Positions 9,828 to 17,139 of a stretch of DNA of 64,000 nucleotides are shown here, piece by piece (the first letter of the stretch is position 1; every line of letters begins with the position of its first letter). Where the stretch lies: positions 256,001-320,000 of the forward strand of contig CAVRAG010000007.1 of NCBI GenBank assembly GCA_963718895.1, in the 5' to 3' direction. Below the pieces are notes generated by a model. It saw only the letters and a program-made list of their open reading frames with translations. It ran no database searches and was not told the origin of the DNA. This stretch comes from an uncultured Nitrososphaerota archaeon (GTDB taxonomy: Archaea; Thermoproteota; Nitrososphaeria; Nitrososphaerales; Gagatemarchaeaceae). The position numbers and the translations under genes are program-made.

Positions 9828-12203
9828 CTACAATAGATAGAAGAGCGGGAAGACGAAGACCCAGATCAGGTCGACGAAGGCCCAGTAGAGAGCGAAGTTT
9901 TCGACGCCCGTGAAGTTTGAGGTGCTGAACCCGTTCTTCCTCGCCTTGTTGATGAGGTAGGCCATGACCACGAGCCCCGCGGTGACGTGGGCTCCGTGCA
10001 GGCCTACGGTGAAGAAGTAGGTGCTCTCAGGCAGCGACCCGCCCCAGGGCGTGAAGGCCGGGACCTTCGTCACCAGGTAGCCATACCATTCGTAGCCCTT
10101 GATCACCATGAATGTGGCTCCGAGGACGAAGGTTATCGAGAGGTAGCGGATCAGGTTGCCGTTCTTGCCCTCCTTCGCCGCTTCGAGCGCGAGGACCGCC
10201 GTCAGGCCGCTCGTCAGCAGGATGATCGTAAGTATGAGGCCCAGCGTCACGTCGTGGATGCTGCCCGGGATCGGCCAGGCGAGCGGATCGTTTATCCTGA
10301 GGTAGAGGTCGCTCGCGATTATCGCGCCGAATACGATGATGTCTGAGGCCAGGAAGATCCACATCGCGAGCCGGAGCTTCGGGATGCTGGTGAAGGGCCA
10401 CCTCTCGGACGGGGTCTCGGGGAACTTGAACTTGTCCTTGGTGTCGTCGCCGGCCCACCCGATCAGCGTGTAGCCGAGGAAGACGAACCCGGCGAGCATC
10501 ATCAGGACGCTCGAGGTCTGGTAGTAGGTGAAGAGGCAGATGCCGAAGAAGGTGACCGCCATGCCGCCGGCCAACTGGATGGGCCTAGGACTGTAGTGCT
10601 CCTCGTGACCGCCTTCGTGGTAGCCCGTGTCGTGGCCTGCATCGTGTCCCGCCAAGGGCTGGGCCGCGTCGTGAGCTCCCGAGGCGCCCATGATCGTCGG
10701 GGTCCACTCGAGTCCCGTCGCGCCCCACGGATTCACGGGGGCGGTGGTTCCGCTCCGGAGAGTGTAGACCAGGTTGAGGATGAGCAGTATCTGGGCGAGG
10801 GCGAAGATGAAGGCCCCGACCGTAGAGATCAGATTGAGCGTGTTCCAGGCCGGTATCGACTGGTAGGTGTAGATGCGCCTGGGCATGTCGTAGAGGAAGA
10901 ACATCGGGAAGTAGAGGACGTTGAAGCCGATGAAGGAAAGGACGAAGTGCGTCTTCGCCATCCCTTCGTGGAACATCCTGCCGGTCATCTTCGGGAGATA
11001 GAAGTAGATGCCGCCGAAGAGCGCGAAGATCGCGGCGCCGACCATTACGTAGTGGAAGTGCGCGACGACGAAGTACGTCCCCCTGAAGACGACGTCGAGC
11101 ACGAACGACGAGAGGAAGACCCCCGTGATCCCGCCGATGATGAAGAGGATGATCGAGCCGATCGCGAATAGCATCGGGACCGAGAGCCTGATCGAGGACT
11201 TGGCGAGCGACTTTACGAACGCGAGTATGATTATGTCGAAGGGCAGCGAGATCAAGAGCGTCGCGACGCTGAACGCCTCGTCCTCCGTGAGGCTGACACC
11301 TGTGATGAACATGTGGTGTTCCCAGACGAGGTAGGAGAGCGGGACCACCACGGCACCGGTGACCGCGAGGATGATGTTCCTCTCTGCGATCGGCCTACCC
11401 GAGAAGACTGGGAGGATCTCCGAGATCATCCCGAATCCTGGGAGGAGGACCACGTAGACCTCCGGATGGCCGAAGAACCAGAAGACGTCGTCCCAGAGGA
11501 CCGATCCTCCTGCGGCGACTCCCTGGGAGACCGGGAGCGAGAAGATGACCGTGCCCAGGACCCTATCCGAGACGAGCATGAGCAGCCCCGCTAGAAGCGA
11601 CGGGAACGAGAAGAGCATCTGGAGTATCGTGAAGAGCACGAACCAGGTGAACATCGGAATCTTCCGCCAGGTCATCCCGGGCGCGCGCATGTACGCGATC
11701 GTGAGCAGGATGTTGACGCTGCCTATGGTGATCGAGACGACGAGCATTATCAGTCCGAGGAAGGCGAGCGTCGGTCCGGGGCCTGGAGTGTAGCTCGTCG
11801 AGAGGGGGACGTACGTCGTCCAACCCCCGCTGGCGTTGCCGCCGGGGAGGAAGAAGCCGAGAGTGGCGAGGAGCCCTCCGAAGACGAAGAGCCAGTAGCC
11901 GAGCGCGTTCAGTCTCGGCATCGCCATGTCCTTCGCGCCGATCTGGAGCGGCATCATGTAGTTCATGAAGGCGATCGCGAGCGGCGAGAGGAACCAGAGA
12001 ATCATTATCAGGCCGTGCAGCGTCACCGCCTGGTCGAACGCAGCGGCGCCCAGGAAGTTGTTGAGCGGCACCGAGAGCTGGACGCGCATGAAGATTGCCA
12101 GGAGCGCGCCGACGAAACCGAAGTAGAGGGCGCTGATGAAGTAGAGGATCCCTATGTCCTTGTGGTTCGTCGTGTACAGCCAGCGCTTGAGCCAGGGGTC
12201 CAT
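9828..12203 (-). CDS. coxA: A1-type heme-copper oxidase, fused subunits I+III
   Basis: NHKDIG, LHG, WFFGHPEVY, WEHH, VAHFHY; C-terminal subunit III (FLASD, GLHGAHV, YWAFVD). Confidence 0.95.
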   Translation of the reverse strand: MDPWLKRWLYTTNHKDIGILYFISALYFGFVGALLAIFMRVQLSVPLNNFLGAAAFDQAVTLHGLIMILWFLSPLAIAFMNYMMPLQIGAKDMAMPRLNALGYWLFVFGGLLATLGFFLPGGNASGGWTTYVPLSTSYTPGPGPTLAFLGLIMLVVSITIGSVNILLTIAYMRAPGMTWRKIPMFTWFVLFTILQMLFSFPSLLAGLLMLVSDRVLGTVIFSLPVSQGVAAGGSVLWDDVFWFFGHPEVYVVLLPGFGMISEILPVFSGRPIAERNIILAVTGAVVVPLSYLVWEHHMFITGVSLTEDEAFSVATLLISLPFDIIILAFVKSLAKSSIRLSVPMLFAIGSIILFIIGGITGVFLSSFVLDVVFRGTYFVVAHFHYVMVGAAIFALFGGIYFYLPKMTGRMFHEGMAKTHFVLSFIGFNVLYFPMFFLYDMPRRIYTYQSIPAWNTLNLISTVGAFIFALAQILLILNLVYTLRSGTTAPVNPWGATGLEWTPTIMGASGAHDAAQPLAGHDAGHDTGYHEGGHEEHYSPRPIQLAGGMAVTFFGICLFTYYQTSSVLMMLAGFVFLGYTLIGWAGDDTKDKFKFPETPSERWPFTSIPKLRLAMWIFLASDIIVFGAIIASDLYLRINDPLAWPIPGSIHDVTLGLILTIILLTSGLTAVLALEAAKEGKNGNLIRYLSITFVLGATFMVIKGYEWYGYLVTKVPAFTPWGGSLPESTYFFTVGLHGAHVTAGLVVMAYLINKARKNGFSTSNFTGVENFALYWAFVDLIWVFVFPLFYLL

Positions 12204-12209
12204 CTCTTA

Positions 12210-13190
12210 TCACCCAGTTACGGTTATCGTTCCCTTCATCCACGAGTGGAAGTCGCAGACGTAGGTGTAGGTGCCGGGGGTCGTCAGGGTCACGCTGTAT
12301 GAGTTGCCGCCCTTCAGGTTCGGCGACGTGGTCCCCGCCGTTACCGTCGAGCCCGCGGGCACCGTCTGGAAGTCTACGTTGTGGGTGACTCCCGTGTCCT
12401 GGTTGGTGAACGTGATCGTAGTGCCCGAGGTCACCGTGAGGGTGGACGGGGAGAAGTTGGCGCCGTTCCCGGCGCCAGCCGGGATCGTCACCGATTGGGT
12501 CTGGCCGTTGCCCGAGACCGAGCTTGTCGTGCTAGAACCCGAACCGCCTGTGCTCGCGTACCACTTGTCATAGGCGGACTGCGAGAGTACGTTGAGGTTC
12601 CCGATCATGGTCGCGTGGCCGATCCCGCACAATTCCTTGCAACGGATCCCTCCGGTGACCTTGCCGAGGGTCGTCGCGTTGAACCAGAGGAAGTTGTACT
12701 GGCCAGGGATAGCGTCCTTGGCGACGCTGAGGCTGGGTATCGTGAACGAATGGTCGACGTCGACCGACGTGATGTTCAGCACGATTATCTGGTCGACCGG
12801 GACCGTCAGGTTGTCAAAGGTGGTGTGCCCGTTCGGATAGGTGAAGATCCAGACGAACTGCTGGCCCGTCACGCTGATGTAGAGAGGCGGGTCCGCGTTG
12901 GCCGGAGGGTTGATGAGATTCGTGGAGGCGAACGTCTGGTACTCCACGAACCCGAGGACCGTCCCGGTCACCACCAGGGTCATGAGCACGTTCTTCCAGT
13001 TCCCCCACCCGCCCTCCTCGTGGAAGTTCGGTGCCTCCTTGACGTCCTTCCGCCTGTACTTCATGATCCAGTAGACAATGAAAGCGGTGACGATTGTGCC
13101 GGCCGCGAAGCCGAAGAACATGTAATAGCGGAAGAGAGACCACCAGATTGCGTTCGTAGGGGCCTGCACGTCGATCTGCAGAAATAACAT
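12210..13190 (-). CDS. coxB: Heme-copper oxidase subunit II (CuA) with fused C-terminal blue-copper domain
   Basis: 2 TM, QFVW.F.Y, DVDHSF, CKELCGIGHATM CuA motif, then a cupredoxin with CDFHSWM. Confidence 0.93.
   Translation of the reverse strand: MLFLQIDVQAPTNAIWWSLFRYYMFFGFAAGTIVTAFIVYWIMKYRRKDVKEAPNFHEEGGWGNWKNVLMTLVVTGTVLGFVEYQTFASTNLINPPANADPPLYISVTGQQFVWIFTYPNGHTTFDNLTVPVDQIIVLNITSVDVDHSFTIPSLSVAKDAIPGQYNFLWFNATTLGKVTGGIRCKELCGIGHATMIGNLNVLSQSAYDKWYASTGGSGSSTTSSVSGNGQTQSVTIPAGAGNGANFSPSTLTVTSGTTITFTNQDTGVTHNVDFQTVPAGSTVTAGTTSPNLKGGNSYSVTLTTPGTYTYVCDFHSWMKGTITVTG
12220..12507. repeat. 288-bp exact direct repeat, copy 2
   Basis: Identical to 9075-9362. Confidence 0.92.
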
Positions 13191-13355
13191 TCGACGCAGG
13201 AGGCGAGACGTGGTTTCGATATAAAGATTATCAACTATGTCATCTTTGCCTAGTCGTTCCAGAGGCCGCCGAGCTCGGCTGGTCCCGCGCCCTGCCTCCC
13301 CCCTTGGCTTCGCGCTGCTAACGCATAATTAGCCTCCCAACGGACGCGCGCTCGC

Positions 13356-13427
13356 GGTGGGATGGCGGAGCGGCTACGCGCACGCCTGCAGAGCGTGTTT
13401 ACGAGGGTTCAAGTCCCTCTCCCACCT
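13356..13427 (+). tRNA. tRNA-Cys (GCA)
   Basis: GGTGGGA/TCCCACC acceptor, CACGC-CTGCAGA-GCGTG anticodon arm, GAGGG-TTCAAGT-CCCTC T arm, U73. Confidence 0.96.
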
Positions 13428-13430
13428 CTT

Positions 13431-13532
13431 GCCTCAATAGCTCAGAATACGACCTGATTCCCCGTCTCGTCTCGATTTGACTATTGTTTCTTTTGCAGAG
13501 CATGATAAGAACCTTTCTCTGGTTAACCTCTG
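13431..13532 (-). ncRNA. 3' half of candidate structured RNA split by the LAGLIDADG ORF
   Basis: CAGAGGTTAACC pairs with 14341-14352; TCATGCTC pairs with GGGCATGG; CTGA-GCT K-turn strand; CAATAG/CTATTG stem. Confidence 0.5.
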
Positions 13533-14341
13533 GAAAGCGCTTCGGCGAGGGCGTCGTACTTTCTTCGAATACTGAACCCAACCCTGGCCTGAAAAATCGC
13601 GAGGGACCGTGTCCTCACGTAGATGATGTATTGATCCAAGTTCTGCATCCACAACTTGCCGCGAATCATGACTTGCTGGCCCCCTTTCTTAACGAGACGA
13701 GGTCCGGTGGTCTCTATCCCAAGCGCCGCGAGCCGCGCACAGACGAGGTTTAGCAGTTCGGGATCTCCGTTTGAGGCGGTCAGACTTCTTTCGAACATGC
13801 TCCCTTCAGAGTCAAAGAACCCTCTGAGGAACCCGCATGTGCATTCTCCGCTCTGGCCGATGAAGCCGCCCAACTCCGCGACTGGTTTCTTGAGGAACTC
13901 CTGCAGGAGCAGGCTCGAAGCATCGACGTGCCAGGCGTTGGTCTTCGCGTGGTATCTTACATGCGGGACACTTCTCTCGAGCACAACGGTGATGGCCTGG
14001 GCGAACGCCTGGGCGAAGTCCCTGTCCGTGACCCTGAGCTTCAGCCTGTAGTTGTGGTCCCCGCAGACGCTCATCGATCCGTCCCCGAGCATCACGCCGA
14101 TCACGTACCCCAACTCTGCTGTCGAGACCGGGAGGAACTTCCTCACGCTCCCGTCGGGCACATGTTCGCCGCGGACCCAGTCGCTAACATGGGACTTGTT
14201 CAGCCTGACGTGGAACTCCTCCTCGACGGACCTGATCACCTGGTTGTAGCTCTTGCCCTCGGCGCGTCTCCTCATCACAGCCTCGTAGAGCCTCATCCTC
14301 GTTCGCAGGTCGCGCTGCGGCCTCTTCGTGCCGTGCCTCAC
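13523..14341 (-). CDS. HTH + double-motif LAGLIDADG homing endonuclease
   Basis: N-terminal HTH (GKSYNQV...SHVSDWV), motifs LGYVIGVMLGDG and FLRGFFDSEG. Confidence 0.9.
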   Translation of the reverse strand: MRHGTKRPQRDLRTRMRLYEAVMRRRAEGKSYNQVIRSVEEEFHVRLNKSHVSDWVRGEHVPDGSVRKFLPVSTAELGYVIGVMLGDGSMSVCGDHNYRLKLRVTDRDFAQAFAQAITVVLERSVPHVRYHAKTNAWHVDASSLLLQEFLKKPVAELGGFIGQSGECTCGFLRGFFDSEGSMFERSLTASNGDPELLNLVCARLAALGIETTGPRLVKKGGQQVMIRGKLWMQNLDQYIIYVRTRSLAIFQARVGFSIRRKYDALAEALSRG

Positions 14342-14402
14342 AGAGGTCTACCGGCGGGCCGCATAAGAGCGCCATGCCCGGGCTCCCCCGGGCCTCATTG
14401 CC
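14341..14402 (-). ncRNA. 5' half of candidate structured RNA split by the LAGLIDADG ORF
   Basis: Begins 24 nt after TTTAAG box (14426-14431); GGC-AAT-GAGG K-turn strand; GCCCGGG-GGAG-CCCGGGC hairpin; GGTAGACCTCTG stem arm. Confidence 0.5.
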
Positions 14403-14464
14403 GAATTTGAGAACCGTCATCCAAGCTTAAATCGAGTCCGTGCGAGGCGAAAGCGAGCATACAC

Positions 14465-15337
14465 TTGAGCTTCAGCAGCGCACCTCGAGGCGCACGTTCC
14501 GGCGGCAAGGCGGCACCTACCAAGAAGGCCAAGAAACAGAAACGCGAGTTTCGCACCACCAAGGCGAAGCAGCCAAAGGGAGAGAAGGAGGTCGACCTGG
14601 GCGCGGCCAAGGCTCGCGTGCTGGAGGGGCTCGACCACCTCGGCAAGCAGCAGTTCACACCGGGCCCCGGAGGGTACGACCTCAAGAACTGGCTCAAGTC
14701 TCTTAACCTCCTGCTAGACGACTTCGAGGCCAAGGTGAAGAACGAAGACCTGCCGGCCGAGTATCACGAGAGGAGGACCGAGGTGACCTCGCGCTTCTCG
14801 GCTGGCGTCGACACCTCGCAGATCGAGTCGGAGGTGGAGACGGTCAGGAAAGAGGAGACGGAGATAAGGTCGACCTTTGACCGGGAGAATGAGCGGATCT
14901 CCGCGAGGCTGGTCACCCTGCGCGCCGAGAAGGAGGGGAACGCCAAGGAGCTCGGGGAGCAGAAGACAGCCCTGGAAGGAATCAGGGCGCAGAGGAAGTC
15001 CGCGTCGTTCTTCTCAAAGCTCGTGGGCAGGTCCGGCCCGCCCACCGAGCCGGTGGAGGAGAAGATAAGGGAGCTCGAGAAGGGCTCCGCCTCGCTCGAA
15101 GAGGAGGCGCTCAACCTTCAGAGCGTCCGCGCCTCAATCGAGAGGAACGGCGGGACGCCCTCGGGGCTCTACGAGCAGCAGTGGGTCAGGCTCGACGCCA
15201 TAGGGACGAGGCTGAAGGAGCTCGAGGCGGAGATGCAGGAAAAGTCGCAGCTCGCCAAGGAGAGGGAGGACGCGACGGCGACCCTTGCGGAAGCGGTCTC
15301 CAAGATCGAGCCGAAAGAAGGCTCGAAGCAAGGGTAG
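14465..15337 (+). CDS. Coiled-coil hypothetical protein with basic N-terminus
   Basis: 290-aa ORF, E/K/R-rich heptads. Confidence 0.75.
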   Translation: MSFSSAPRGARSGGKAAPTKKAKKQKREFRTTKAKQPKGEKEVDLGAAKARVLEGLDHLGKQQFTPGPGGYDLKNWLKSLNLLLDDFEAKVKNEDLPAEYHERRTEVTSRFSAGVDTSQIESEVETVRKEETEIRSTFDRENERISARLVTLRAEKEGNAKELGEQKTALEGIRAQRKSASFFSKLVGRSGPPTEPVEEKIRELEKGSASLEEEALNLQSVRASIERNGGTPSGLYEQQWVRLDAIGTRLKELEAEMQEKSQLAKEREDATATLAEAVSKIEPKEGSKQG

Positions 15338-15347
15338 ACGGAGAAGA

Positions 15348-16424
15348 CTAGGCAGACGCAGACCCGCTGGCCGTCCCGTTCAGTAGTGCGAAGTAACTGG
15401 CGCCGGTCACGCCCGAGCTAGAACCATACCCTCCCACGCAGTAGAGGAAACCGGTGCCCGCGACACAATCAGTCGCGATGCCTAGCGGGTAACTCGCTAC
15501 GGTCTGCCACGAACCCATCCCCGAGGCGGAGATGCCGGCGTAGTAGACCGCCGAAGTGGAGGTGCCCCCGCTCTGGAGGCCGCCGACGCAGTAGACCGAG
15601 GCGTAGGAGGAGACGCACGACTGGGCGATGACCTGAACCGGGTAACCCGGTCCCGCAGTCCACGCTCCCATCCCCGAAGGAGTAACATAGGCGGAGTAGG
15701 TCGCGTTCTGAGGGTCGTCTTGGGAGCCTTCGCCTCCTATACAGTAGACGTAACCTCCGAGGCTCGAGCAGCTTGGGAAGTACAGGCCGGCCGGGTAGAC
15801 CGCAGAATGGCTCCAGCTGCCGATGCCTGACGAGGAGACGGGGGCGTACCAGACGGACCGCGACATCACGGTGGTGGAGTTGGTGCTGGACGTCTCGTTC
15901 TCTCCGCCGACGCAGTAGAGGTCGCCGACGGCGGCGACGCAGGACGGGGCGTCGATCGCCACAGGATACGGGGTGGTCTGGGCCCACGCGCCTACCCCGG
16001 ATGGAGAGAGCGTTGCGAAGTAGGACGAGGCGGTGTCGTCGCCACTAGAGTCGTGCGTGCCGCCGACGCAGTAGACGTACCCCGAGGCTGGAGCGCAGGA
16101 CTGGAAGGCTATCGACTGCGGGTAGGGATTCGCCGAGAGGGTCCAGTTGCCCACGCCGCCCGAGGAAGCGGGAGCATAGTAGACCGAGCTCGTGGGGTTG
16201 CCACCCGCGTCGTTGCCGCCGACGCAGTAGACGTACCCCGCGGAGTCGACGCAGGACTGTCCGACGACCCCGGTCGTCCCTCCGACCTCGAGCGGATAGA
16301 CGTAGGTCGGGCGCCACGGGCCGCTCGAAGACGGGGTCGAGAGGTTCGAGTAGACGGTCAGCGCGACGAGACCGACAAGGACTATGGCAAGCGCGATTAC
16401 TGCCGAGCGGGGGAGGGCTCGCAA
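15348..16424 (-). CDS. Secreted/anchored Cys-rich Kelch-type beta-propeller protein
   Basis: Signal/TM then six repeats of YP...SC....YxYCVGG...YxA....GxGxW. Confidence 0.85.
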   Translation of the reverse strand: MRALPRSAVIALAIVLVGLVALTVYSNLSTPSSSGPWRPTYVYPLEVGGTTGVVGQSCVDSAGYVYCVGGNDAGGNPTSSVYYAPASSGGVGNWTLSANPYPQSIAFQSCAPASGYVYCVGGTHDSSGDDTASSYFATLSPSGVGAWAQTTPYPVAIDAPSCVAAVGDLYCVGGENETSSTNSTTVMSRSVWYAPVSSSGIGSWSHSAVYPAGLYFPSCSSLGGYVYCIGGEGSQDDPQNATYSAYVTPSGMGAWTAGPGYPVQVIAQSCVSSYASVYCVGGLQSGGTSTSAVYYAGISASGMGSWQTVASYPLGIATDCVAGTGFLYCVGGYGSSSGVTGASYFALLNGTASGSASA

Positions 16425-16607
16425 ATGTCGGCTCCCCTCCGGAAATCATCTTAAAGCTTGTGAACGTCGGTTCTCTGCCGGACGAAGGCCGGACCGCCGG
16501 CAAGGGTGTCCCGACGTCCGTGGTCCCGGGGGTCCCGGGGGTCCCGCGGCTGCGAGTGCGCGGTGGCCGCGACAAGCATAATAATTCAGGTCTGGAAAAG
16601 CCTCCCC

Positions 16608-16982
16608 ATGAAGTACATAGTCACACCCAAGGCAGTCAAACCGGTAGGTCCGTACTCCCAGGGCATCGTCGCCAACGGGATGGTCTTCGTCTCAGGGACG
16701 GTCGCCATGAATCCCGTGAGCAACTCGATGGTCCCTGGAGGCATAAAGGAGCAGACCGCGCAGACGCTCGAGAACGTGAAGGCGATACTCGAGGCCGGCG
16801 GGAGCGGGCTGGAGAAGGTCCTGAAGGTCTCGGTCTACCTCAAGGACGGGAACGACTTCAAGGTGATGAACGAGGTCTACTCGTCCTTCTTTGGGGATCA
16901 CAAGCCCACCAGGACGACGGTCGTCGCAGGCTTTGTGAGAGACGGGATATTGATCGAGATCGACTGCATCGCGTCACTCTAG
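16608..16982 (+). CDS. ridA: RidA/YjgF reactive-intermediate deaminase
   Basis: GPYSQG, VFVSG, F..MNEVY..FF...PTR, IEIDCIA. Confidence 0.92.
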   Translation: MKYIVTPKAVKPVGPYSQGIVANGMVFVSGTVAMNPVSNSMVPGGIKEQTAQTLENVKAILEAGGSGLEKVLKVSVYLKDGNDFKVMNEVYSSFFGDHKPTRTTVVAGFVRDGILIEIDCIASL

Positions 16983-17019
16983 GGGCTCCAAATCCTCAAG
17001 AGCCCGGGCGGATGATAGC

Positions 17020-17136
17020 GTGGAGAGACAGATCTGCCCCTGCTGCGGGACCGGGATGGAATCGGAGGACAGGGGTGACAAGATACGGCTGCGCTGTCCG
17101 TCCTGCGGGCTCGACGAGCTCAGACTGAAGGCCTGA
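17020..17136 (+). CDS. 38-aa CPxCG zinc-finger microprotein
   Basis: MERQICPCCGTGMESEDRGDKIRLRCPSCGLDELRLKA fills the ridA-hppA gap. Confidence 0.7.
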   Translation: MERQICPCCGTGMESEDRGDKIRLRCPSCGLDELRLKA

Positions 17137-17139
17137 GAC

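Noticed and set aside
13399-13652. Short ORFs overlapping the RNA-like flanks (also 14184-14420)
   Set aside because: They overlap the endonuclease and/or tRNA-Cys, have no protein motifs, and are better explained by RNA structure.
13431-14402. Group I intron, BHB intron, SRP RNA, RNase P RNA or tmRNA identity for the LAGLIDADG-flanking element
   Set aside because: No flanking exons. UAGUC lacks a correctly placed GACUA partner. No strict bulge-helix-bulge at the ORF boundaries. No SRP helix-8 or RNase P P4 motifs and no tRNA-like ends were found by eye.
16522-16549. GGTCCCGGG short tandem repeat
   Set aside because: Only about three GC-rich units in a spacer; not CRISPR or an evident element.
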